From positions 1 through 60,863 of the forward strand of contig JBDHHQ010000020.1 in the NCBI GenBank assembly GCA_039589315.1: a DNA stretch of 60,863 bases, in the 5' to 3' direction. Source of the stretch: Gemmatimonadota bacterium (GTDB taxonomy: Bacteria > Gemmatimonadota > Gemmatimonadetes > Longimicrobiales > Gaopeijiaceae). Positions 1-9,830 of this stretch are shown piece by piece; within the stretch, counting starts at the first letter, position 1; every line of letters starts with the position of its first letter. Under the pieces are notes generated by a model. That model saw only the letters and a program-made list of their open reading frames with translations, did no database searches and had not been told where the DNA came from. The position numbers and the translations under genes were made by a program.

Positions 1-72
1 CAGCCCCATGGCACGTTCAAGTTCCTGTTCAACGCTCTCGCGCTGTCGACGGCCGAGGCGCGTCGGCCGTGA
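1..72 (+). CDS. 3' end of a gene entering the window, probably M14 zinc carboxypeptidase family
   Basis: Frame 1 reads QPHGTFKFLFNALALSTAEARRP-TGA(70-72). The QPHGTFKxLFNAL tail is typical of large bacterial M14 peptidases. Only 23 codons are visible. Confidence 0.5.
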   Translation, partial: QPHGTFKFLFNALALSTAEARRP

Positions 73-130
73 GCGTGGGGCCCGGCCCCGTTCGGGTCCC
101 AGCGCCGGCTGGCCGAGGAATTCCAGCCAA

Positions 131-501
131 CCAGAAGGAGCCCCGAAGTCCTCCGGGGAGGTCGTCTTCTGGATCGTCCTCATGAACATCGTCTTCTCCT
201 TCGACTCGATCCTGAGCGCTCTGGCGCTTACCGATGTCTTCATGGTGATGGCCACGGCCATCATCATCGGCGGGGTCCTGATGATCTGGCTCTCCGATCG
301 GGTGGCTCGGTTCCTCGAGAAGAACCGGATGTACGAGGTGCTGGGTCTCTTCATCCTGCTGATCGTGGGGGTGATGCTCCTGACCGAGGGCGGCCACCTG
401 GGCCACATCGCGTTCTTCGGCCATCCCGTGGAGCCCATGACCAAGGCGACGTTCTACTTCGTCATCACGGTGCTGGTCCTGACCGACGTGGTCCAGACGC
501 G
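131..501 (+). pseudogene. TerC-family membrane protein fragment (C-terminal half only)
   Basis: IVLMNIVFSFDSILSALAL...FLEKNRMYEVLGLFILLIVGVMLL matches the second TerC repeat. There is no room for the N-terminal half after the stop at 72, and similarity ends at DVVQTR. Confidence 0.65.
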
Positions 502-603
502 GGTCGCCTCGCCCCCTGTCTCGACAGAGCGAACTGCATCAGCACCGGCGACCGGTACCCCGAGGGTATCGAGCCCTTTTGGCTGGATACGGCCGGGCCG
601 TCC

Positions 604-861
604 GTGTTCGCTCGGGTGACGGACGTCGTACGCGCCATGCGGAGGGTTCGGGTGGTCACGGCGACCGATTCGTACGTCCACGCCGAGGAGCGCAGCCGTC
701 TTCTCCGGTTCGTCGACGACCTCGAGCTGCTGCTCGCGGAGGACGGAGAGCTTCTCGTGCGGTCTGCCTCTCGTGTCGGCAACTCGGACCTGGGGGTCAA
801 TCGGCGCAGAGTGGAGCGACTACGCCGCCTGCTTCGGGACGCCGGCCTGCTGCGGGACTGA
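604..861 (+). CDS. hypothetical protein, 85 aa
   Basis: GTG start, GC-rich third positions, helical amphipathic composition; no recognisable motif. Confidence 0.4.
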   Translation: MFARVTDVVRAMRRVRVVTATDSYVHAEERSRLLRFVDDLELLLAEDGELLVRSASRVGNSDLGVNRRRVERLRRLLRDAGLLRD

Positions 862-974
862 CGCCGACTCCGGGACGGTAAGTCCGTTGGATTGGCGGCG
901 GACCTGCGGGTGGCGGGGCGCAGGGTCTTCTTTTCGTTCTACCAGACGAAGGGGACTCCGCTCTGGAGGTCGAG

Positions 975-1697
975 ATGAAGAGCCTCGTACGAGTATTGCT
1001 CGTGGGCGCCATCGCCGCTCTGGCGATCGAGCCTGCCGCCGCACAGGTGCCTCTGACGTTCAGAGGCGGAATCAACCTCACCAACTTCATCGGGGGTGAC
1101 GCGTCGGACACCCGACAGTCCCAAGGCCTCAACCTCGGGCTTTCCATGGGCCTGGTCCGCGTCAGTCGCGTTCAGCTTCTCGCCGAGGTCTATTACCGGC
1201 AGAAGGGTGCGGTCGGCAGCATTCGGGACATCGAGAGGCTGATGCTGATTGAACCGCAGGGCATGGGCCTTCAGGAAGTCGAGGTAGGTCTCGACTATGT
1301 GGAGATCCCCGTCCTGGCCCGGGTGAACGTCGGAAGCTCGACCGGTAAGTTCTTCCCGTACGTCTTCGGCGGACCCGCCTTCGGTTGGAAGGTGGATTGT
1401 GGCGTCGCGTTCGGCGACTCCTCCGGTCAGTCGACGACCCGCTGCGACGACCTGACCCAGAACCTCGAAAGCACGCTGCGGAGCTATGAGCTCGGTATGG
1501 TCCTCGGCGCCGGCGTGGACTACGCGCTGCCCCGCGGCGTGGGAGCGCTGAACCTGGACGCCCGCTACACGGGTGGCTTGAGCAAGATCGGCGAGGGTCA
1601 GGACGCGCTCGACATCCGCAACCAGGCGTTCACGGTCATGCTCGGCTATTCCCTTGGGGCGCCGCGAGTGACGCGGTCCATCCGAGGGCCTCGGTGA
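975..1697 (+). CDS. outer-membrane beta-barrel / porin family protein (PorT-like)
   Basis: GGAGG RBS, signal peptide ending AAAQ, GGINL start, EVYYRQKG, LDYVEIPVL and LDARYTGGL beta-strand motifs. Confidence 0.8.
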   Translation: MKSLVRVLLVGAIAALAIEPAAAQVPLTFRGGINLTNFIGGDASDTRQSQGLNLGLSMGLVRVSRVQLLAEVYYRQKGAVGSIRDIERLMLIEPQGMGLQEVEVGLDYVEIPVLARVNVGSSTGKFFPYVFGGPAFGWKVDCGVAFGDSSGQSTTRCDDLTQNLESTLRSYELGMVLGAGVDYALPRGVGALNLDARYTGGLSKIGEGQDALDIRNQAFTVMLGYSLGAPRVTRSIRGPR

Positions 1698-1940
1698 TCG
1701 AGAACGCCACGCCGTCCTGTCACGGCCCCCCCGGAGGACGGGGCCACGGAGGGTCCATAGCCTTCTGGCACGTGCGTCGGGTCCGTTGCGGGACTGGACC
1801 CTGGCAGGTATGAGCGAGAAAAAGCTGGTCCGGCTGCGCCCAGGTAGGTAGTGTTGCAGCGTCCCGCCCCCGATCCTCATCTTGGACTTCGGCGACGGTC
1901 CGCGCCTGTCCTCCATTATCGCCCCTCTCGCCTGCCGTGC

Positions 1941-2037
1941 ATGACGAACTCGTCCGAGGTCCCCGCTCGCCTGAAGGCGGCCTTGGCGGATCGCTACGAG
2001 CCGATCCGCGAGTTGGGTCGGGGTGGGATGGCCACGG
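1941..2037 (+). pseudogene. N-terminal remnant of a Hanks-type Ser/Thr protein kinase
   Basis: MTNSSEVPARLKAALADRYEPIRELGRGGMAT is the Gly-rich loop of a eukaryote-like kinase. Similarity stops where VYLA is expected; stop codon at 2073-2075. Confidence 0.75.
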
Positions 2038-2082
2038 ACTGCCCGGGGCTCGACAACGCGAAAGCCCTGGGGTGAGGCTCCC

Positions 2083-3030
2083 GTGATCATCCGCGGCGGC
2101 ACTGGATTCAAGACGGCATTCCGCATGTTCGTGACGCGGAACTGGCTGGCGGTCCTCGTCGTGCTCGGGATCGAGAGTGGCGCTTGGTGGCTGCACGAGC
2201 TCGTACCGGAGCTCGACTCGACGGTCTTTTCGGCGGGAGCCGTGGGTGTGCTCGCCACGATCGTCGGCATCTTCGTGGCCTTCCGCTTCAACGAGGCATA
2301 CGGTCGGTGGTGGGAGGCCCGGATCCTGTGGGGCGGCATGGTCAACGTGAGCCGCACGTTCGCGCGACAGGTCACGACCTTACTCACACCGGACCGGGTG
2401 CAGAACCTCGGAACGCGGGAAGAAGCAAGGGCGCTCCACCGAGAGCTCGTATATCGCCACCTGGCGTACGTCAACGCGCTTCGTCTCTCTCTCCGGAGAC
2501 AAGCCGTGCTCCCCGAGGCGACCGCTTCTCTGGACCCGGAGGAGGCCGAGAACCTCAGGTCGGCCCGCAACGTGCCAACCCAGCTCACCCAGCGTCAGGC
2601 TGCCCGGCTCACCGCGCTGTTGGGGAGAGACACCACGGAGCAGATCCTCCTCCGGCACGTGGACGAGTCGCTGACTCAGATGACGGAGCTCCAGGGCGGG
2701 ATGGAGCGGATCAAGCAAACGGCCTTCCCCGACGCCGTGATCACCGTCACCCGGGTTCTGGTCTGGATGGTCGGGATCTTGATCGCCGTCGCTTTCATCG
2801 AGCCTGACGCCGGCGTGCGGTGGTTCGAGTTCGTGGCGGTGATGGTGATCGTCCTGAGCTTCCTGCTGGTCAAACAGCTCGGCGAAGACCTGAACGACCC
2901 CTTCGAGAACCAGCCCAACGACACGCCCATGACCGCGCTGTGCCGGACGATCGAGATCGATATGCGACAGCAGTTGGGTGAAACGGATCTGCCGCCGTCG
3001 CTGGAGCCTGTGGACGGCGTGTTGATGTAG
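2083..3030 (+). CDS. bestrophin family ion channel (YneE-like)
   Basis: FVAFRFNEAYGRWWEARILWG, GMERIKQT and LNDPFEN motifs, plus transmembrane segments. GTG start at 2083 chosen over the ORF-track start, which lies in the kinase remnant. Confidence 0.88.
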   Translation: MIIRGGTGFKTAFRMFVTRNWLAVLVVLGIESGAWWLHELVPELDSTVFSAGAVGVLATIVGIFVAFRFNEAYGRWWEARILWGGMVNVSRTFARQVTTLLTPDRVQNLGTREEARALHRELVYRHLAYVNALRLSLRRQAVLPEATASLDPEEAENLRSARNVPTQLTQRQAARLTALLGRDTTEQILLRHVDESLTQMTELQGGMERIKQTAFPDAVITVTRVLVWMVGILIAVAFIEPDAGVRWFEFVAVMVIVLSFLLVKQLGEDLNDPFENQPNDTPMTALCRTIEIDMRQQLGETDLPPSLEPVDGVLM

Positions 3031-3119
3031 GGTACGACCCGCCAACGCCACGACAGGGTGCCGTCCAGCACATCGGCGACAGCACCGCGAGGGAGTCGCG
3101 AGCCTGGAACCCGGATGGC

Positions 3120-4151
3120 TCAAACGACCAGAGCCAGCTTCCCGACGGTCCGACCGGTTTCCAGGTCGCGGTGGGCGCGGGCGACGTCCTCGAACGAGTA
3201 CGGCGTCACCTCGAGTGGGACCAGCCGCCCTTCCCCGATCCAGCTCAGCAGCTCGGCCATTCCTCGCTCGAGCAGGTCGGCCCGATCCGACAGGAAGCTC
3301 AGGTTGAACCCGAGGACGCTGCGGTTCTTCAGGGTCATGTCCATCGGGTCGAACCGGGGCGTGCGTAGCCAGGACAGGATGAGCCGGGTCCAGCCGGGCC
3401 TGCCTCTCCCTCGGGTCAACATGGAGTGGAATCCATACACGACGAGGCGCCCGGTGGGGCGAAGGTGGTTGTAGCTGGCTCTCAGTGTGGAGACGCCGTT
3501 GGCGTCGAAGACCACGTCGAATCCTCGCGGGGCCAGCACGGACGCCCGTGCCCAGAGGTCTTCGCGGGACGTGTCGATCACCTGGTGGGCGCCGAGCTCG
3601 TATGGCACAGGTGCTTTGTGGCTGCCTCCCACCACGGCTACCACGTGGCATCCTGCGATCCGGCAAAGCTGCACGAGGGCTCCCCCCACGCCACCAGCGG
3701 CAGAATGCACCATCACCGTTTGCCCGGGACTGGGACGGCCAGCCTCGTGGACGGCGTACCAGGCAGTGAGGAACGCGACGGGCGAGGAAGCCGCCTGCGC
3801 GACCGAGAGGGAGGCGGGCATGGGGAAGACCTGTGACGCAGGAACGACTACCTGGGTGGCATAGCCGCCGAAGAGGGTGACGGCCAGCACCGGACTCCCG
3901 ACGGACGGGCCGTCGGCACCTTTCCCCAGGGCACCCACGGTCCCGGCCACCTCGAACCCGGGGGTCAGGGGGTAGCCCGCCAGCTGCCGGGCCGAGGCGT
4001 ATAGGCCCATTCGGGTGAGGCAATCGGCATAGTTCACCCCTGCCGCTTCTACATCGACTCGCACCTGCCCCGGTCCCGGCTGAGGATCGGGGCCGTCCTC
4101 CATGTGGAGCCGGTCGTAGCCGCCGGGCCGCCGGACCACGATCCTCCTCAT
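3120..4151 (-). CDS. MDR superfamily NADPH:quinone oxidoreductase, VAT-1-like
   Basis: AAGVNYAD, TPGFEVAG, VHSAAGGVG and C-terminal GKLAL motifs; no zinc-binding Cys set. Confidence 0.88.
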   Translation of the reverse strand: MRRIVVRRPGGYDRLHMEDGPDPQPGPGQVRVDVEAAGVNYADCLTRMGLYASARQLAGYPLTPGFEVAGTVGALGKGADGPSVGSPVLAVTLFGGYATQVVVPASQVFPMPASLSVAQAASSPVAFLTAWYAVHEAGRPSPGQTVMVHSAAGGVGGALVQLCRIAGCHVVAVVGGSHKAPVPYELGAHQVIDTSREDLWARASVLAPRGFDVVFDANGVSTLRASYNHLRPTGRLVVYGFHSMLTRGRGRPGWTRLILSWLRTPRFDPMDMTLKNRSVLGFNLSFLSDRADLLERGMAELLSWIGEGRLVPLEVTPYSFEDVARAHRDLETGRTVGKLALVV

Positions 4152-4217
4152 GGCAGGTCTGCCGTCCGATTCATGGCAGGTCTGCCGTCGCCTTCATGCA
4201 GGCCCGCCGCCGCTCAT
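4148..4217 (-). repeat. 23-bp tandem repeat encoding three ATGA-coupled minigenes (MSGGGPA, MKATADLP, MNRTADLP)
   Basis: TCATGGCAGGTCTGCCGTC at 4148-4166 and 4171-4189, with a degenerate third copy from 4194. On the minus strand the ORFs 4217-4194, 4197-4171 and 4174-4148 each overlap the next by ATGA. Confidence 0.75.
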
Positions 4218-5593
4218 CCGGCCGCTACCGGCACCTCCGGCGTGTCGATGAGCGACACCGCGCGGTCCACGTCCTCCTGGGTCAGCTCGTGGCGCTCCAA
4301 GGTCCCGGCGAAGTAGGCCTGGTAGGCCGACATGTCGAAGTGCCCGTGGCCGCACAGGTTGAAGAGGATGGTGCGGGGCCTTCCCTCCTCTTTCGCTTGG
4401 CGGGCCTCTCGGATGGCGCTGGCGACGGCGTGATTGGCCTCCGGCGCCGGGATGATTCCCTCCGTCTGCGCGAACATCACGCCGGCCTCGAAGCTCTCGA
4501 TCTGGTCCACGGCCTCGGCCGTCATCAGCTCGTCCTTGAGGAGCTGACTCACCATCACGCCTGCGCCGTGGTAACGGAGCCCGCCGGCGTGGATGCGGGC
4601 CGGGACGAACGTGTGGCCCAGCGTGTACATGGGGAGGAGCGGAGTCATGCCCACGGTGTCCCCGAAATCGTACCGGAATACGCCGCGGGTGAGCTTGGGG
4701 CACGACGTGGGCTCGCTGGCCAGGCAGCGGATGCTCGCCCCCTCGGTGAGGTTCTTGCGCAGGAACGGGAACGCCAGCCCGGCGAAGTTGGAGCCGCCGC
4801 CGAAGGGGGCGATCACCACATCGGGCGTCTCGCCGGCCATCTCCATCTGCTGGGCGGCCTCCTGACCGATCACCGTCTGGTGCATCAGGACGTGGTTGAG
4901 GACGCTCCCGAGGGAGTACTTGGTGTCGGGATCCGAGACCGCCGCCTCCACCGCCTCGGAGATGGCGATCCCCAGGCTGCCGGGTGAGTCCGGATCCTCG
5001 GCGAGGATCGTCCGTCCTGCTGCTGTCCGGTCGCTGGGTGACGCGATCACCTCGGCCCCCCAGGTGTTCATCATCAGCTTGCGGTAGGGCTTCTGCTGGT
5101 AGCTGATCTTCACCATGTAGACCTGGCAGCCCAGGCCGAACAGCTGGCAGCCCAGGGCCAGCGCGCTTCCCCACTGCCCTGCCCCGGTCTCCGTGGTGAT
5201 CCGCTTCACGCCCTCTTGCTTGTTGTAGAAAGCCTGGGCCACCGCGGTGTTGGGCTTGTGGGATCCCGCCGGGCTCACGCCCTCGTACTTGTAGAAGATC
5301 TTGGCGGGCGTATCGAGAGCCTTTTCCAACCGTCGGGCCCGGTAGAGAGGCGTGGGACGCCACAGCTTGTAGATCTCACGGATCTCCTGCGGGATCTCCA
5401 CCCAGGGCTCCGCCGAGACCTCCTGCTCGATCAGGGACATGGGAAAGAGCGGCGCCAACGCCTCCGGACCGATGGGCTCATGCGTCGCCGGGTGGATGGG
5501 CGGCATGGGCCTGTTCGGCATGTCCGCTGCGATGTTGTACCAACGGGTGGGGATGTCTTGCTCGGTCAGGAGGTACTTCGTGGGCTCGCTCAT
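4214..5593 (-). CDS. trpB2: type II tryptophan synthase beta chain (TrpB2, TrpB-like PLP enzyme)
   Basis: [11 protein letters not shown] lysine, [25 protein letters not shown] and [12 protein letters not shown]; long TrpB2-type N-terminus; no trpA in the window. Confidence 0.93.
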   Translation of the reverse strand: MSEPTKYLLTEQDIPTRWYNIAADMPNRPMPPIHPATHEPIGPEALAPLFPMSLIEQEVSAEPWVEIPQEIREIYKLWRPTPLYRARRLEKALDTPAKIFYKYEGVSPAGSHKPNTAVAQAFYNKQEGVKRITTETGAGQWGSALALGCQLFGLGCQVYMVKISYQQKPYRKLMMNTWGAEVIASPSDRTAAGRTILAEDPDSPGSLGIAISEAVEAAVSDPDTKYSLGSVLNHVLMHQTVIGQEAAQQMEMAGETPDVVIAPFGGGSNFAGLAFPFLRKNLTEGASIRCLASEPTSCPKLTRGVFRYDFGDTVGMTPLLPMYTLGHTFVPARIHAGGLRYHGAGVMVSQLLKDELMTAEAVDQIESFEAGVMFAQTEGIIPAPEANHAVASAIREARQAKEEGRPRTILFNLCGHGHFDMSAYQAYFAGTLERHELTQEDVDRAVSLIDTPEVPVAAG

Positions 5594-5758
5594 CGTTCGG
5601 CCTGTCCGCTGAGGTACGCTGCGGGCGAAGGAGTGTAGGGTCGGGGGACATCAAGGCCCTGTCAATCGGGTCCCACGCCCCCCGACCGCTACCCTTGCTC
5701 AGTTGGACCCTGCGGCTCAACTGTGGTGCCAGCTCGCAAACGTACCCGGAGGTCACAC

Positions 5759-6817
5759 ATGCGCAGATCCGCCCTCGCCCTCCCGTCCGCGTTGACGGCG
5801 TTGGTCGCATTCTCCTCCTCCGGCCCCGCCGAGGCGCAGGAAACGATGTCACAAATCGAGGACTTCGATCCGGGCCGCGCGATCCTCAACGAGAAGCCGT
5901 GGTTCGATCCGTTTCGGCCCGAGAGCCTCGAGCCATTGAACGACGCGCTGGGGGACGGACGGCTGACCGAAGAAGCAGCTCTCATGGTACTGGAGCGGAA
6001 TGGCCAGCACCTGGCGCTCTCCACCCTGCAGATGTCCTACCACCACGTCGCCCAAGGCGACCTGGCCGGCGAGCCGTGGATGGTATCCTTCTGAGTGATC
6101 TGCAACACAGGGATCGGTCTGATTCCCACGGTCGATGGCCAGGTTGAATGGTTCAGCGAGAAGGGGCTGTACGACGGCCTCTTCCTGATGAGCGACGAGC
6201 GCACCGGAACGTACTGGAATCACATGACAGGGGAGGCGGTGCAGGGCCCCCTGACGGGGAATCGCCTCGAGCTGGAGAACGTGCTCCACACGACGGTGGC
6301 CCAGGCGCTGGCGCAGGATCCGGAGACGCAGCTCGCGTGGTCGAGCCACCCCAGGGCCGTCGGCCGGAGTGAGGGCGGGGGCGGTACGCTGACGGGGCTG
6401 CTGCGGCGGATCCGTGGGCTGCCGGAGATCTTCCCGGCCACGCTCGGCGCGGAGGACGAGAGGCGTCCCCGGATGGACATGGGCATCGGCATCTGGAACG
6501 ACACCAACGCTCGATACTATTCGATGGACGCCATCGAGGAGAATGGGAGGTTGCTGCTGGAGACGTTCGAGGGCCAGCGCGTTTTGATCTACTACGATCC
6601 CACGGCGTACGTGCTGGCGGCCCATTACACCGACGCGGACCGTGCTTGGTGGGACGGGGACGTCCTGCGATTCTCTACCGGCGAGTTCATCGAGGACGGC
6701 GTGCGCTACGCCGATGACGGCAGTCGTGTGGAGAGGGAGCGTCCGCTCCAGGTCTTCACGCGCTGGTACGGCTTTTCGTTGACGTTCCCTGAGACGGAGG
6801 TGTACGGCGAGGGGTGA
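5759..6817 (+). CDS. exported DUF3179-like selenoprotein (in-frame TGA 6092-6094 read as Sec, UxxC motif)
   Basis: GGAGG RBS and signal peptide. ORFs 5723-6094 and 6095-6817 are in the same frame, separated only by TGA, giving HHVAQGDLAGEPWMVSF-U-VIC-NTG where DUF3179 proteins carry a CxxC. Downstream GLY..LFLMSD.RTGTYWNH.TGEA..GPL.G..L is DUF3179-like. Confidence 0.8.
6110..6126 (+). promoter_or_regulatory. candidate bacterial SECIS hairpin
   Basis: GGGATC-GGTCT-GATTCC: a 6-bp stem whose G-initiated loop begins 22 nt after the UGA; the loop resembles the GGUC loop of the E. coli fdhF SECIS. Confidence 0.6.
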
Positions 6818-6833
6818 CGAGGTGCTCAAACGC

Positions 6834-7811
6834 TCACTGGCGCCGGCCACACCAGTCGGGGTGGGCGTCGAAATGCTCGTTGTCGGTGAGGCGGCGGACG
6901 TTCGAACCATCCGCACGCATTACATATAGCTCGACCTCACCCCACTCCTCGATGTCGCCGTCGGAGCCCCAGGCTCGCGTGGAGTGAAAGACGATCTCGG
7001 CTCCATCGGGTGACCAGGCAGGGCGGCCGTCCATGGCTGTGTTGTGGGTGAGCTGGCGCTCCTTCGATCCATCGGCGTCCATCAGGTAGATCTCCCAGTG
7101 CCCGTCCTCCAGGGCGTCGAAGACAATCTCGTCTCCGTCGGGCGAGAACGCGGGGCCGCCCTCATGCCGCCCTGCGGTGTTGGTGAGGTTGCGAACACCT
7201 GCGCCGTCAGCTCGCACCGAGAACACGTCCCAGTTCTCCTCTGACCCCGCAACGAACACGATCGAACGGCCATCCGGTGACCAAGCCGGCTGAAACGCCG
7301 CACCCACATCGTCCGTGACCCGCCGGCGGTCGGAGCCGTCGACGCCGATCACCCAAACGCCTTCGGCCTCGCCGACCCCGGAGACGAAGGCGATGTGCCG
7401 GCCGTCCGGTGACCACGCGGGTGAGCCATCGGGAGCGGGGTCGTCGGTGAGGCGGCGTACCACGGACCCGTCCGTGGCCATGACGTAGATGTCGCGGTTG
7501 TCAGGATCCCCGCGGTTCGACTGGAACGCGATCTCGGTGCAATCCGGTGACCAATCCGGCACCCGACTCCAGGACCCGGACCGCGAGGCATCCGTGATCG
7601 ACAGGACCCCCTTCCCGTCGGGCTCGATGGCGTAGAGCTGCGGGCTGCCGGTCCGGTCGGAATCGAAGATGATCGGCGGCGCCTGCGCCGGTGCCCGCGG
7701 CGTCGAGCCCCGTGGTCCCAGGTCCGCCGCAGACCAGCCGATCGCGATCGCGCAGAGGGCGGTCGCGCTGAGCCCGCTGAGAGGGCCGTGCACCAGAGGA
7801 GACTGCGTCAT
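6834..7811 (-). CDS. TolB-like PD40 repeat beta-propeller protein
   Basis: Repeated P.WSPDG..I.F.S motifs and an N-terminal hydrophobic segment; start uncertain. Confidence 0.85.
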   Translation of the reverse strand: MTQSPLVHGPLSGLSATALCAIAIGWSAADLGPRGSTPRAPAQAPPIIFDSDRTGSPQLYAIEPDGKGVLSITDASRSGSWSRVPDWSPDCTEIAFQSNRGDPDNRDIYVMATDGSVVRRLTDDPAPDGSPAWSPDGRHIAFVSGVGEAEGVWVIGVDGSDRRRVTDDVGAAFQPAWSPDGRSIVFVAGSEENWDVFSVRADGAGVRNLTNTAGRHEGGPAFSPDGDEIVFDALEDGHWEIYLMDADGSKERQLTHNTAMDGRPAWSPDGAEIVFHSTRAWGSDGDIEEWGEVELYVMRADGSNVRRLTDNEHFDAHPDWCGRRQ

Positions 7812-8090
7812 TCGCGTGACTCCCGTCGATGACGGTCGAGACCCGGGCACGGACGAGTTTCCTGCCACTCATCTGTCGGCGGAGGCACGGGCCACTGACC
7901 CGGCTGGATCTACTCGATGGGTGTTCCCCGCCCGTCGGGAAACTCCGTTGAGCGAGCGCGTCCGGTCAAGCGAACGGGCCCGACCTCCGGTGCAACCCTG
8001 GCGCTCCACGCTCCTTTGCCGGACACTGTCGGTCGCTTCCGCCTCGAGATCCGGTATCGCTTGATGAGCTCCACGGTACGATTCGTCCAG

Positions 8091-9767
8091 ATGAAAGGCA
8101 CCGCGCCCGCAGGACTGCTGGCCGCGCTCTTCGCGATCTCGTTCGGCGCGCTCCTCGACCCCCTTGCCGGCCAGACCCCGCCTGACGCCCAAGCTCGCGT
8201 CGACGCCATCCTCGCTCCGTGGGACAACTCCACCTCGCCGGGGTGCGCCGTGGCCGTGGCCCGTGACGGCATGACGCTGTTGGAGCGTGCCTACGGCATG
8301 GCCGACCTGGAGCACGGGATCCCCAACACGCCCGAGACCATCTTCGAGGGAGGGTCGCTTTCCAAGCAGTTCACGTCGGCGGCCATCGTGCTGCTCGTGC
8401 TGGACGGCAAGCTCTCACTCGACGATGACATCCGGACCTACGTCCCCGAGGTGCCGGACTACGGCAGGACGATCACCCTGCGACACCTGATGACGCACAC
8501 GAGCGGACTCAGGGACTGGGGGAGCGTGGCCGGGATCAGCGGATGGGGCCGTGAGGAGCGCAGCCACACCCACGACGACGTCCTCGACATCGTGAGCCGG
8601 CAGACTGCGCTCAACTTCGAGCCCGGCCACGAGTACTCCTACAGCAACACGGGCTACAATCTCCTGGCCATCACCGTGGCCCGAGTGAGCGGGATGCCGT
8701 TCGCCGAGTTCTCCGGGATGCGGATCTTCGAGCCGCTCGACCTCCGGAACACGCAGTGGCGAGACGACTACCGCCGGATCGTGCCAGGCAGGAGCTCGGC
8801 GTACGAAGCAACGGACGAGGGCCGCTGGGAGATCAACCGCCCCATCGAGCACGTGCACGGCAACGGCGGGATCCTGACGACGGTAGGCGACCTGGGTATT
8901 TGGGCCGCAGCCCTCACCGATGGCCGGCTCGGAGGTCCCGAGCTCATCCGAATGATGCACGAGCGGGGCCGCCTGAACGATGGCTCCGAGATCGTCTACG
9001 CGGCTGGGCTGCGGGTGTGGAACCTGGCTGGAGTCCCCGCGGTGACGCATACCGGATCCACCGCCGGGTACCGCGCCTTCCTCGGTCGCTATCCCGAGCA
9101 GGGCCTCTCCGTGGCGATGCTCTGTAACGCATCCAACGTCCCCACGGCCCCCACTGGCGGCCGTATCGCTCGTATCTTCCTGGAGGACGCCGCCACGGAT
9201 CCCCAGCCGCCGTCGGGCGTGAGGCTCTCTCCCGGAGCCCTCGAGGGTCTCCAGGGCCTCTACGCCGACCCCGTGACCGGATTCACGAGAGAGCTGCGCC
9301 TCGAGAACGGCGCGCTCCACGAGGACGAGGACCTCCTCGTCCCCCTGTCCGACACCGAGCTCGCGGTCGGCGACAGGGGACGCCGGTACGTCTTCGAAGA
9401 TGGAGCCGAAGCGCGGAGGGGGTTTCGGATCGAGGACTGGCAATACGCCGAGAAGCGCTACGAGCCGGTGGACCCCTGGTCGCCGAGCACCACGGATCTG
9501 GACGCGTACGCGGGCACCTACCACAGCCCTGACGCGGAGACCACGTACGTGATCTCGGTGGAGGCCGACGCGCTCGAGGTCTGGCAGCGTCCCGGCGACA
9601 CCCACACGCTTTGGCCGGCGTACGAGGACGCTTTTCGCATGGGCCGGGGTGGGCTGGTCCGGTTCCATCGGGACGGCACGGGCCAGGTCACGGGATTGTC
9701 GCTGAGCCTGGAGCGGGTCTACGACATGCGCTTCGAGCGGGTGGGCTCGGACGGGCGACCGAACTGA
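8091..9767 (+). CDS. serine hydrolase, beta-lactamase class C-like, exported
   Basis: SLSK (SxxK), LMTHTSG, YSYSNTGY and HTG motifs; signal peptide ending LAGQ. Start could be 8064. Confidence 0.9.
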   Translation: MKGTAPAGLLAALFAISFGALLDPLAGQTPPDAQARVDAILAPWDNSTSPGCAVAVARDGMTLLERAYGMADLEHGIPNTPETIFEGGSLSKQFTSAAIVLLVLDGKLSLDDDIRTYVPEVPDYGRTITLRHLMTHTSGLRDWGSVAGISGWGREERSHTHDDVLDIVSRQTALNFEPGHEYSYSNTGYNLLAITVARVSGMPFAEFSGMRIFEPLDLRNTQWRDDYRRIVPGRSSAYEATDEGRWEINRPIEHVHGNGGILTTVGDLGIWAAALTDGRLGGPELIRMMHERGRLNDGSEIVYAAGLRVWNLAGVPAVTHTGSTAGYRAFLGRYPEQGLSVAMLCNASNVPTAPTGGRIARIFLEDAATDPQPPSGVRLSPGALEGLQGLYADPVTGFTRELRLENGALHEDEDLLVPLSDTELAVGDRGRRYVFEDGAEARRGFRIEDWQYAEKRYEPVDPWSPSTTDLDAYAGTYHSPDAETTYVISVEADALEVWQRPGDTHTLWPAYEDAFRMGRGGLVRFHRDGTGQVTGLSLSLERVYDMRFERVGSDGRPN

Positions 9768-9830
9768 ACATCGGGTACGCCCTGGGGTTGAAGGCTGCGC
9801 ACGAGACGGATCCCCATACCAGGCAGACCG

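Noticed and set aside
4152..4186. GGCAGGTCTGCC hairpins resembling the E. coli fdhF SECIS apex
   Set aside because: They are on the plus strand with no gene or upstream in-frame UGA; the coding strand reads GACC in the loop.
5723..6817. Two separate genes as given in the ORF track
   Set aside because: The second ORF has no RBS and starts immediately after the TGA in the same frame, inside a CxxC-equivalent motif. One read-through gene fits better.
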